Shown here piece after piece: positions 1-9,360 of a stretch of 64,000 bases of DNA. Source of the DNA: Nitrosopumilus sp. (GTDB lineage: Archaea > Thermoproteota > Nitrososphaeria > Nitrososphaerales > Nitrosopumilaceae); the NCBI GenBank assembly GCA_965207445.1, contig CBDBLX010000002.1, positions 2,231,849 through 2,295,848 on the forward strand, given 5' to 3'. The notes below the pieces were generated by a model. The model was given only the letters and a program-made list of their open reading frames with translations. It made no database searches and was not told where the DNA came from. How positions within the stretch are numbered: the stretch's first letter is position 1; every line of letters starts with the position of its first letter. A program made the position numbers and the translations under genes.

Positions 1-480
1 TGCTGCACAATTCTCATTAACTGAACCTGGAGGAAAGTAGACACCGTTTGTGTCACTTAGCTGCAGAGTTGAAACAGTGCTTGCATCACTTGCAGAACAA
101 AACACACCATAGTCTAGTTGTCCGTTCATTGTATCGATATCTGCAAGAGCATCGGCTTGTGCAAAGTATGCACGCCAGTTACCGTCGCCGGTTTGCAACA
201 TTCGCAAATCAGCACCATTTACGGTTACGGTAGGCTCAGCCTCACTCTCACCAGTATCTCCGATTGTACTATCTAAAATTATAATTTCTATAATGTTTCC
301 TTCGGCAAATTGATTGTCAGCGTCTTGACCTTCTGCAGATACATACAGGTTTGCATTAGTTTGGTCCACAGCAGCGTATGCTACGGGTGCAGTACCTGGT
401 ATTGCAAAGGTAAGCCCACCGGCAACCATAATTGCCATTAATGTTAGGCTAGTATATTTTCTGTAATTTTCGTTTTGCAT
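1..480 (-). CDS. S-layer protein, N-terminal part (runs off the left edge of the window)
   Basis: Not in the ORF track because it is truncated. Manual translation from ATG at 480: MQNENYRKYTSLTLMAIMVAGGLTFAIPG...NANLYVSAE...EPTVTVNGADLRMLQTGDGNWRAYFA. This closely resembles the N-terminus of Nitrosopumilus S-layer proteins. A TATA-like CTTATAAG lies about 30 nt upstream. Confidence 0.85.
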   Translation of the reverse strand, partial: MQNENYRKYTSLTLMAIMVAGGLTFAIPGTAPVAYAAVDQTNANLYVSAEGQDADNQFAEGNIIEIIILDSTIGDTGESEAEPTVTVNGADLRMLQTGDGNWRAYFAQADALADIDTMNGQLDYGVFCSASDASTVSTLQLSDTNGVYFPPGSVNENCAA

Positions 481-560
481 GTTATTATTGATTTTTCACG
501 GAAATTTCCTTATAAGCGTGATGAACAATTGAGGATCTTCTGCGTTAATCGTTGGTAACT

Positions 561-2717
561 GTAACGTGTCACCTCCCCCCACCGCATCGTGCCTAAATAA
601 GTTCATACTAACACGAATATCATCTTAGTGAGCATATGTATTATCTGCGGAAAAACACATCTCACAGGAAATGTACCCGTCTACAACACTGTACGCGCAT
701 TATGATGTAACGTAATTTGAGATATTACTAGTACTCTAAGCAAGTGACAAAAGTAAAGTTAACGTGGTTGGGCATTTACGTTTTCATTGTGGTGCATATA
801 CAGGGGGCATTTTTCTGGACATGTGGATAAAGCCAACCTTGTGAGGTTTACATCTTGGTGCAATGACAACAAGTATAGTAGAAACTACAACATGCGAATA
901 AAACCAACCCTGTTAGGTTTACATGTATCATAGATTCATGCTGAAAAGAGTCGCAACAATTCTATATTTGGATCTTTGTCTTGAGCTTTCCATGTCATCA
1001 GAACGCTTGCAATGACACAGTATCTTTTGGCCCCCTCCATCCCCCAAAACCAAAAACTCGAATTCCGTTTGAGTACAAATGGACGTATTCCTCGCTCTGC
1101 TATGTTATTTGTAAGTGACATCTCAGGGTATTGTACTGCAGTAAACAAGTGATCGGAGCAGTTGAATAAATATCTGCCAGATTTAGCTCCACGGTCTAGT
1201 AATTGTTCACCGATAGTTTTCACAAGTTTGATGAGTCCGTTTATTTTAGTTGTGGGTGTGTCTGGTGGCAGTGTTTTTGTGTAGTGATATATGGCCATAA
1301 CTATTCCATACAGGTATGTTGCAGTCGGATCCTTTATCTTTACAGTGTTGTTTTTAATCTTGGTCTTTACATGCGCCCAGCATAATTGATACGTATCAAA
1401 GCAATTGTATGAGGGTGCTGCATCACGTGTCACTTTCAAGTGGGGATACGGATTGGCTTGTTTTACATCATCCATTGAGCGGGATGATAGGGCCTGATAT
1501 TGAATCCATATTTTGTCACCGATTGTAATTCCTAGCCTGCCACTCTTTTTGCCAATCTTTACTGGTGTGTCATCAATATTTCCTGCTGTACTATTTCCGA
1601 TCTCTTTGCCTATACGCTCGTACTCAGAAGCTTTGCAGCTGCTGCCTTTAGTCCTTTTCGTAAAGTATCATGAGCAAATCTTTTGTGATAGTGTATCTCG
1701 ACATCATCAGCAAGTTGGTTCATTGTGTGGACATTAAGTGATGCGCGCGTGAGTTTAACAAGAAAGTGTTGTCCAAATGAAGTATCTGGTATTATAGAAT
1801 CATGCATGCAGTTTATGCTACCACAATTCTCACACCAATATACACGCATGTGACACCATATCTCCTCTAGTTCATTATGGTCGTCGAGTTCATGTAATGT
1901 CTTGTATTCCTCATAAGCTTGCTCTATTTCACAATCACATTCAGGGCATGTGTCTAGTTCAATATCAAATGTTTTGTCTGGATTAAATCGTCTAAATGAT
2001 GGATCGTGTTTTAAAGGTGGTCCCAGTTTGGCAGGTGGTTTGTCTTGCGCTGCTTTTTCTGCACGGTCTTGTTTCTCTTTTTGTATCTGTTTTTGTGTCA
2101 CTGTTTTGTGAGATGTAGGCGTGGCGCCATCGTCATTTGCAGCATCTCTGCGCTCTAAATCTGCAACGCGTCGCTTGGATTCTTCTAGTTGTGCTAATAG
2201 TTCTTGATTTTTGTCTGTAATAATTTTGCATTCATTTCTCATCACGTCTCCATACTGTGCAGTAGATTTTGCCAAATCTTCAAGTATCAGCTCACGTGAT
2301 GTATACCTACCAGTCTGCGCCATAAATGCCAATTTCTGATTTACTAGTATGATGTCAAGTTCTCTTCCACCTAATCTATCAAGTAACTTCCTATTCTCTT
2401 CTTTCAATATATTGGTCTCTTTTTCTTTCTCTTTGAAGTTCTTTTTCAAACTAGCATTTTCATTCAAAACTTGGGACATTGCCTCGTCATAGCTGATCGA
2501 ATCTACATCGACTTTGTTAAATAATTCATCTGTAACTACCTTTTGTTGCTGCATACATTTACTCATTTTTTCTCTATATGAGTAAATGGCAGTATACGTA
2601 TTTAACTACCCGCATACTTTTTTTGCGCCATCTCACAATTTTAGGGATTTATGACGATATCTGTGTGTGTCCATGCCTAGTCCACGTGGTATAAAGAGGG
2701 GGGAGGTGACACGTTAC
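561..2717 (-). mobile_element. IS66-family element
   Basis: Perfect 20-bp TIRs GTAACGTGTCACCTCCCCCC (561-580) and GGGGGGAGGTGACACGTTAC (2698-2717). GTAA termini are typical of IS66. No 8-bp target duplication is visible. Confidence 0.85.
936..2566 (-). pseudogene. IS66 transposase split by a frameshift near 1630
   Basis: ORF 1610-2566 has a coiled coil, PTS...K, GPPLKH and CPEC/CENC zinc ribbons. The shifted frame continues EYERIGKEIGNSTAGNIDDTP into ORF 936-1475, which has QLCWAH and TNNIAERGIRP, the IS66 core motifs. Confidence 0.85.
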
Positions 2718-2802
2718 AAAAAGTTTATTCAACCACGCCATGAGTATACCTACGAAACTTGCCAGATTTCAGTTACCAACGATTAACGCAGAAGACCCAA
2801 TG

Positions 2803-4341
2803 TTAACTGTATAGTGCGATTATGAGATTCACAACTCTATTGATCTCTTCTATGGTGGCATATAGTGTGTCATATGTCTCTTGGAGTGTATTATAATTCT
2901 CTTGGAGTGTATTATACTTCTCTTGGAGTGTATTATACTTCTCTTGGAGTGTATTTAGTGTTGTATTATACTCTGCTTGTAGTATGTCTTGTTGTTGTTT
3001 TAAAGCGGTGTCTACATATGCTTGATCAAATGGCGTTGTGTCTTGTGTGTTTGTATTATTGGTGGGTGGTGTGACTACTGGTGGTGTCGGTGTCTCTGCT
3101 GGTGTTGTGCGGGTTATCTCAACACTGCATGTATCCCATGTGCCTGAATATCTTATGAAATCTTCTTCATAGTATGATAATTGTGGTTGTAAATTAGTCG
3201 TAAGTGAGTTTTTTGATGTGAGTTTGACTCCATTTTGATCATGTAAGAATAATGTGTAGTAGACGGCTCTGTATTCCTGTGAATCTCGGTTTATGAACGT
3301 GGTATTAATGTCAATAGAATCGCCGAATCCTTCTGAACATTTTGTAATAGTTGTGTCTATATTGCCTATTGGTGGTGTCGGTGTCTCTGCTGGTGTTGTG
3401 CGGGTTATCTCAACACTGCATGTATCCCATGTGCCTGAATATCTTATGAAATCTTCTTCATAGTATGATAATTGTGGTTGTAAATTAGTCGTAAGTGAGT
3501 TTTTTGATGTGAGTTTGACTCCATTTTGATCATGTAAGAATAATGTGTAGTAGACGGCTCTGTATTCCTGTGAATCTCGGTTTATGAACGTGGTATTAAT
3601 GTCAATAGAATCGCCGAATCCTTCTGAACATTTTGTAATAGTTGTGTCTATATTGCCTATTGGTGGTGTCGGTGTCTCTGCTGGTGTTGTGCGGGTTATC
3701 TCAACACTGCATGTATCCCATGTGCCTGAATATCTTATGAAATCTTCTTCATAGTATGATAATTGTGGTTGTAAATTAGTCGTAAGTGAGTTTTTTGATG
3801 TGAGTTTGACTCCATTTTGATCATGTAAGAATAATGTGTAGTAGACGGCTCTGTATTCCTGTGAATCTCGGTTTATGAACGTGGTATTAATGTCAATAGA
3901 ATCGCCGAATCCTTCTGAACATTTTGTAATAGTTGTGTCTATATTGCCTATTGGTGGTGTCGGTGTCTCTGCTGGTGTTGTGCGGGTTATCTCAACACTG
4001 CATGTATCCCATGTGCCTGAATATCTTATGAAATCTTCTTCATAGTATGATAATTGTGGTTGTAAATTAGTCGTAAGTGAGTTTTTTGATGTGAGTTTGA
4101 CTCCATTTTGATCATGTAAGAATAATGTGTAGTAGACGGCTCTGTATTCCTGTGAATCTCGGTTTATGAACGTGGTATTAATGTCAATAGAATCGCCGAA
4201 TCCTTCTGAACATTTTGTAATAGTTGTGTCTATATTGCCTATTGGTGGTGTCTGCGCTTGTGCTTGTACCGCGCCTGTGGTCATTAGAGCCACTACAGCA
4301 ATGAGTCCCATTATGGTGGTCATGTACCGTCTTGTGTTCAT
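2803..4341 (-). CDS. Secreted protein with four identical 97-aa Ig-like (FxLYD-like) repeats and a C-terminal coiled coil
   Basis: Signal peptide MNTRRYMTTIMGLIAVVALMTTGAVQA. Each repeat contains TLFLHDQNG (FxLYD-like) and 2 Cys. C-terminal YNTLQEK heptads. Start chosen at ATG 4341, which has a TATA-like motif upstream. Confidence 0.8.
   Translation of the reverse strand: MNTRRYMTTIMGLIAVVALMTTGAVQAQAQTPPIGNIDTTITKCSEGFGDSIDINTTFINRDSQEYRAVYYTLFLHDQNGVKLTSKNSLTTNLQPQLSYYEEDFIRYSGTWDTCSVEITRTTPAETPTPPIGNIDTTITKCSEGFGDSIDINTTFINRDSQEYRAVYYTLFLHDQNGVKLTSKNSLTTNLQPQLSYYEEDFIRYSGTWDTCSVEITRTTPAETPTPPIGNIDTTITKCSEGFGDSIDINTTFINRDSQEYRAVYYTLFLHDQNGVKLTSKNSLTTNLQPQLSYYEEDFIRYSGTWDTCSVEITRTTPAETPTPPIGNIDTTITKCSEGFGDSIDINTTFINRDSQEYRAVYYTLFLHDQNGVKLTSKNSLTTNLQPQLSYYEEDFIRYSGTWDTCSVEITRTTPAETPTPPVVTPPTNNTNTQDTTPFDQAYVDTALKQQQDILQAEYNTTLNTLQEKYNTLQEKYNTLQENYNTLQETYDTLYATIEEINRVVNLIIALYS
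2877..2955. repeat. 21-bp tandem repeat (~4 copies) encoding YNTLQEK heptads
   Basis: TCTCTTGGAGTGTATTATA(CT) repeated. Confidence 0.9.
3080..4252. repeat. Four identical 291-bp tandem repeats
   Basis: Unit starts GGTGGTGTC at 3080, 3371, 3662, 3953 and 4244 (partial). No differences seen by eye. Confidence 0.95.
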
Positions 4342-4560
4342 TGTGTTTAACTTTGTGGGCACATGTATAAGGTTTACTTGAAATGGTTCGTAACAGTTCA
4401 ACCCCTATTTTGTAAGTATGCATACAGATACAGCAACAGCGATCACCGATCATTGTTGTGATCGAATTTACGTAAATCTAAATGATAAACACAATATGTG
4501 AGAAAGTGCCTAAAATGTTGAAAACACGTTTGATTATTTTTTGCACCTAGGCAAAAAATC

Positions 4561-4707
4561 GTGTGAACCAAGCTCATTGGACACAACAATGAAATACATA
4601 CGTGTATTTGGTTATATTCCTGTCTGTATATCGAGCATCATGCATGCGATACATTGACTAGGAGTTATTTTTGAATGATTATATTAGTCATGGAGATTGG
4701 TTCACAC
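4561..4707 (+). mobile_element. MITE family B (~150 bp), copy 1
   Basis: TIR GTGTGAACCAAGCTC ... GAGATTGGTTCACAC. The interior is shared with 7 other copies in the window. Confidence 0.85.
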
Positions 4708-4764
4708 GGAATTTATGTCAATTGTTAACACAATATACATACATACATTATAAAAACATCATAC

Positions 4765-5559
4765 ATGGCAACTAACATCAGAAAAATATTGTTTGGTTTT
4801 TTTGGACTTTATGAGATGTACAGTAAAAGACTTGAACGTGAGATCAAATCAGGTGACATACCAAACCACATGGCATTAATTCTTGATGGAAATCGTAGAT
4901 GGGCAAAACGACATCTTGCAATGACAAGTGTAGGACACGGAAAAGGCGCAGATGCAGTAGAGAACCTACTTGATTGGTGCGAAGAGTTAGATATCAAGAT
5001 AATTACACTCTATGCGCTATCAGCAGAAAATCTTTCAAGAAACGATCAAGAGTTACAAGACTTGTTTGATCTTATAAGAATGAGACTAGAAAAATTACTT
5101 GCAGACCCACGCATACATAAAAGTCACATGAGAGTAAAGGCAATAGGAAGAATTGAGATGCTGCCACATCCAATACAAAAGGTACTCGAAAATCTTGAGA
5201 GTGCAACCAAAGATTACAATGAGCGTTTTTTGAATATTGCACTAGCATACGGGGGCCATTATGAGATAGTCGATGCAATAAAAAAGATCGGTCAAAAGAT
5301 CAAAGATGGTAGACTAAACGTAGAGGATATAGACAGAAATGTTATTGAATCAAACTTGTACACATCACATTTGCCACAGGCAGCACCAGACATGATATTA
5401 CGAACATCAGGTGAGAAGCGATTGAGTGGGTTTTTAATGTGGCAGAGTGCGTATAGTGAGCTTGTATTTATGGACATATTCTGGCCAGAGTTCAGGAAGA
5501 TCGATTTAATGAGGGCAATTCGTACATTTCAAAGTAGAAAGAGGAGGCTTGGCAAGTGA
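4765..5559 (+). CDS. uppS: cis-prenyltransferase (polyprenyl diphosphate synthase)
   Basis: HMALILDGNRRWA, YALSAENL, LAYGG, RTSGEKRLSGFLMWQSAYSEL motifs. Confidence 0.95.
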   Translation: MATNIRKILFGFFGLYEMYSKRLEREIKSGDIPNHMALILDGNRRWAKRHLAMTSVGHGKGADAVENLLDWCEELDIKIITLYALSAENLSRNDQELQDLFDLIRMRLEKLLADPRIHKSHMRVKAIGRIEMLPHPIQKVLENLESATKDYNERFLNIALAYGGHYEIVDAIKKIGQKIKDGRLNVEDIDRNVIESNLYTSHLPQAAPDMILRTSGEKRLSGFLMWQSAYSELVFMDIFWPEFRKIDLMRAIRTFQSRKRRLGK

Positions 5560-5999
5560 TGACTGGAGATGTAATAGAGGAGCGTTCGGCAGGAGTAATA
5601 CTATACAGAACAAACGATAATAGTGGTAAAAATCTATATCTGATACTCAAGTATGCAGGAGGGCATTGGGACTTTGCAAAGGGTAAAAAAGAGAAAGGTG
5701 AGACTGACATCACAACGGCACTCAGAGAAGTCAGAGAAGAAACAGGCATAAAGGATGTTGTCATTCACGAGGGGTTTAAGAGAGAGATGGAGTATGAGTT
5801 TATGGAAGATAAAGGTAAGATGATACACAAGACTGTAATATTTTTTCTTGGATGCACTCAAACAAAAGAGATAACACTATCAGATGAGCATCAAGAGTAT
5901 GCATGGTGCGAATATGATGATGCATCTTTTCGCGTCACGTATCCGTCTGCAAGAGATGTGCTTGCAAGTGCAAATATGATTTTGAATGAAAATGACTAA
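5556..5999 (+). CDS. NUDIX hydrolase (Ap4A hydrolase-like)
   Basis: SAGVILYR, HWDFAKG and Nudix box GETDITTALREVREETG, LSDEH. Confidence 0.9.
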   Translation: MMTGDVIEERSAGVILYRTNDNSGKNLYLILKYAGGHWDFAKGKKEKGETDITTALREVREETGIKDVVIHEGFKREMEYEFMEDKGKMIHKTVIFFLGCTQTKEITLSDEHQEYAWCEYDDASFRVTYPSARDVLASANMILNEND

Positions 6000-6095
6000 T
6001 AAATCATAATATGTATAGTTAAATTGCAAGATTGCATTGTAATTAAAAGAGATCTCAAGTGCACAACGATATTACTAGTGTCATTGTGATTAGAA

Positions 6096-6905
6096 TTAGG
6101 ATAATGAGGATAAACTACGTGAAATATCCTCATGTAATGACAATGTAGCATGGGTAGGATTCTCAGAGTGTATGATTGATCGTCCTGCAATAATATAATC
6201 AGAGCCAGATTGCATAGTGGCAGTAGCATCAGCACCCTGAGCCCCTACACCCGGAGATAAGATATATGGTGCGCAGGACAGACCAGAGTCTTGTATGTGT
6301 GTAGCGCAATCTCGAATTACATCAGGAAAAGTTGCGCCAACTATAATTCCATCTACATTAGAATCAATGGCCCACTGAAGAAACAATTTGTGCATTTTGT
6401 CAGATGTTTGCGACTGACCACAGACACTCAGTTCATATGATGTTGTGGATTCTGGCGCGCTCATATGGCACAACGTGATTACACCTTTTTCTTTTTCATG
6501 TGCAGAATTTACGAGTGTTTTGAGATTATCAAGTCCCATTATAGGATTTATAATAACAGCATCAAATCCCATATCCCATAAAATATTAGTTGTGATATGG
6601 TTTGTATTTCCGATATCATTGAGTTTTATATCAGCAATACACTGTAAGCCAAATTGATGTGCAACTTTTAGTATATGTGATGTCTGTTTCATGCCAAATG
6701 GCAACAACAGATGAAAGTTCAACTTTATTGCACACAAGTAGTGGGAAGTATTTTTGATATCAGATATTATATGATCAGTGGTAGATATTGTGAATTTTGT
6801 ATTGTCGTCTCCAACAGGTACAGTACTTTGAGTGATGTTATAATCGCATGCAAGTATTATACGCTTATCTTGCTTGCTAGACAATCTTTTATGAAAGGAT
6901 ACCAT
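6096..6905 (-). CDS. pyrF: Orotidine 5'-phosphate decarboxylase
   Basis: IILACD, IADIKLNDIGNT, SPGVGAQG, IIAGRSI. Confidence 0.93.
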   Translation of the reverse strand: MVSFHKRLSSKQDKRIILACDYNITQSTVPVGDDNTKFTISTTDHIISDIKNTSHYLCAIKLNFHLLLPFGMKQTSHILKVAHQFGLQCIADIKLNDIGNTNHITTNILWDMGFDAVIINPIMGLDNLKTLVNSAHEKEKGVITLCHMSAPESTTSYELSVCGQSQTSDKMHKLFLQWAIDSNVDGIIVGATFPDVIRDCATHIQDSGLSCAPYILSPGVGAQGADATATMQSGSDYIIAGRSIIHSENPTHATLSLHEDISRSLSSLS

Positions 6906-6974
6906 CTATAAACAAACAAACATTTACCAACTTTATAATATTTTGTGAGGGTAATTAAATCATATTTGTTTAAT

Positions 6975-9067
6975 GGGTCTTCTGCGTTAATCGTTGGTAA
7001 CTGAAATCTGGCAAGTTCCGTAGGTATACTCATGGCGTGGTTGAATAAACTTTTTAAAAATTCACAATTTAAAATCTCACATAATGTATAATTCTAGTGA
7101 ATATTTTCTCAAAATATGGGTGTGTTGACATCGTTTTTGCACATGAACGTTAAATATACACGTCGTGAGATCTCATTGAGATAGAAAAAATGAGACCAAA
7201 GAGTGTACAACAAAAGATTACTGATTATGAATTTAACCCTGATGGTGTTCAAGATTCAAATGATTTGGGACAAAAACGCCCAAAGCTAGATCGTCTTAAA
7301 CGATTTAGAGGATGGTTTACACTAAAACATGACAGGACAGTAAGACTAGCAACATGGATGCAAAAACGTGTCTCATGGAGCAAGGGCGCAGAAAAACGAG
7401 GCCAAAAAGCCATGCGTATACTGGAAAAACCAGAGAATATAACGTGCATTAAATCTGGTCATTATGCAGTCAAATCGCAGTCCCAACCAGGTCTGTGGTA
7501 TGACGTTATCCGGAAATCCACCGGAAGATATGAGTGTAACTGCTTTGATTACGAATACAGAAAAGCTAAATGTAAACACATTTTGGCGGTGACAGCACAT
7601 GTAGTGGACAATGAAGCAGAAAAAATTATGAAAAACGTATCAGAGATAGACAGTAAAGAGACAAACGTTACAAATCGTTGCACTACCATTACAGAATATT
7701 GTACCAAAAAATACGATGGCGGTGATCAATTACCACACACAGAATCAAAGCAAGAAAAAGATACAGACACACAAACAAAATCTGAATTATATGATGATAA
7801 TGGTGGTGATCAATTACCACACACAGAATCAAAGCAAGAAAAAGATACAGACACACAAACAAAATCTGAATTATATGATGATAATGGTGGTGATAATGGT
7901 GGTGATAAATTTACAGATTCTGTTGAGCCTACGCACATCTACCCAATAGATGAAAAACACCCTCCAAAGTGTAAACACTGCAATAATACGCACATAATCA
8001 AATATGGGACACAGGAATGGACTGTAAAAGAAACAGGCCAAAAAAAGAAAGAACAAAGATGGCAGTGTAGTAAAAAAGACGGTTGTGGTGCAGTATTTGT
8101 ATACAGAGCAGGCATGGAACGTATGCGTTGTAGCAAAAAAGACGTAGCAGATATGTTAAATGATTATTTCAAAGGACACTCATCACCCGCAATTTCTGAC
8201 ACACTAAAATCCCAAGGACTAGAAAGACATCACACCAGCATCCTCAGAACAATTGCAAAATACACCAAAATGATCAATACATACACAATGAAACTCCCAT
8301 TACCAAATCTTGGCGATAGATTTCATGTAGATGAAGTATATGTAAAGATAGATAATAAAACGCATTATCTGTTTACTATAATTGACTACAAGACGCGGGT
8401 ATTGCTTGCAATTGAACTGGGAGGTAAAAAGGATGAATTTAATGCAACGAGCCTGTTTACAAATGCCGCAATACGTGCAAATAAGATACCCGTAGAGATT
8501 ATCAGCGACGATCTTGACTCATACAAAGTTGCATTTAGAGTAGTATACGCACAACTTAGCCCACTTGATGATCACTGTGAGCACATTTCAGATCCTGATA
8601 AAATTACACAATTGCAACGACAAAAAAAGACACAATGTATACACAAAGACAAAGCAGGAATAAGCAAAACTCATGACAAGGGAAACAACAATGTCATTGA
8701 AAGTTTTAACAATATACAGCGAATCTGTTACAATCCTCGACGCGGAATCAAAAGCACAAAATCTGCCATAGCCATGGGCTTTAGTGTGTGGTACAACTAT
8801 GTACGTCCACATGGATCATTAGGAGGTACACCCGCAGAAGCAGCAGGAATAACAATACACGGCAATAACAAATGGATTACACTCATCGGCAATGCTGGCG
8901 TGGCAGCCATGGGAGGAGCAGTGGCCTGAGTCTGTACAACCTTGCCATGTGAATCCAAGGGTCTTGAGCCAGTCATGCAACGACGGTGATATTACGGGAC
9001 GCATCAATGTCGCACAAGCGACAATGGTAGCAACGTGCAAGTTACCAACGATTAACGCAGAAGACCC
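6975..9067 (+). mobile_element. Complete IS6/IS1-like insertion sequence
   Basis: 28-bp perfect TIRs GGGTCTTCTGCGTTAATCGTTGGTAACT (6975-7002 and 9040-9067). 9-bp target duplication TTGTTTAAT at 6966-6974 and 9068-9076. Confidence 0.93.
7190..8929 (+). CDS. DDE transposase with SWIM finger, IS1-like zinc ribbon and IS6-like catalytic domain
   Basis: CNC...CKH (SWIM); CKHC..IIKYG..QRWQC..CG; HVDEVYVKI, YLFTIID, IISDD, NNVIESFN, YNYVRPH. Confidence 0.9.
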   Translation: MRPKSVQQKITDYEFNPDGVQDSNDLGQKRPKLDRLKRFRGWFTLKHDRTVRLATWMQKRVSWSKGAEKRGQKAMRILEKPENITCIKSGHYAVKSQSQPGLWYDVIRKSTGRYECNCFDYEYRKAKCKHILAVTAHVVDNEAEKIMKNVSEIDSKETNVTNRCTTITEYCTKKYDGGDQLPHTESKQEKDTDTQTKSELYDDNGGDQLPHTESKQEKDTDTQTKSELYDDNGGDNGGDKFTDSVEPTHIYPIDEKHPPKCKHCNNTHIIKYGTQEWTVKETGQKKKEQRWQCSKKDGCGAVFVYRAGMERMRCSKKDVADMLNDYFKGHSSPAISDTLKSQGLERHHTSILRTIAKYTKMINTYTMKLPLPNLGDRFHVDEVYVKIDNKTHYLFTIIDYKTRVLLAIELGGKKDEFNATSLFTNAAIRANKIPVEIISDDLDSYKVAFRVVYAQLSPLDDHCEHISDPDKITQLQRQKKTQCIHKDKAGISKTHDKGNNNVIESFNNIQRICYNPRRGIKSTKSAIAMGFSVWYNYVRPHGSLGGTPAEAAGITIHGNNKWITLIGNAGVAAMGGAVA

Positions 9068-9360
9068 TTGTTTAATTATATTATCAACAATACATATTGA
9101 GAATAGAAAGAAAGAAAAAGTGTACGAGAATCAGTGCAACTGTAGTGTGTGCATGTCAAAACAGACAATTGCACTACAACGAAGATTCACAGATGTAATA
9201 AAACACACTAAATCCGCAAAAACGTCTGCAGTTATTCTAAAATTAAAAACATAGTCATTGCACCGCTAAAACTAGGAATTTACTCACGATAGTAATAATG
9301 GGCGTAAATAATGGGCGTAAATAATGAGTGCAAATAAGATATATAAATAAATAAAGTTGC

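Larger units (their letters stand above)
533..2798 (-). mobile_element. Ends of an IS6/IS1-like element (same family as 6975-9067) whose interior is replaced by an IS66
   Basis: 533-560 GGATCTTCTGCGTTAATCGTTGGTAACT matches the terminal inverted repeat (TIR) of the 6975-9067 element. 2718-2798 is the reverse complement of its first ~80 bp with 1 mismatch. Confidence 0.85.

Noticed and set aside
48..233. Plus-strand 61-aa ORF and similar short antisense ORFs throughout the track
   Set aside because: They lie opposite or within well-supported genes and have no motifs.
753..924. Calling a CRISPR array
   Set aside because: Only two good repeats with 3 mismatches, no leader and no cas genes in the window. 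Kept as a finding only.
2799..6974. Invertible or composite segment between inverted IS6/IS1-like ends
   Set aside because: The right-hand IS keeps its own 9-bp duplication on both sides and the outer ends share no duplication, so there is no sign the segment moved.
9293..9336. 13-bp tandem repeat AATAATGGGCGTA downstream of purA
   Set aside because: Short slippage repeat with no further structure.
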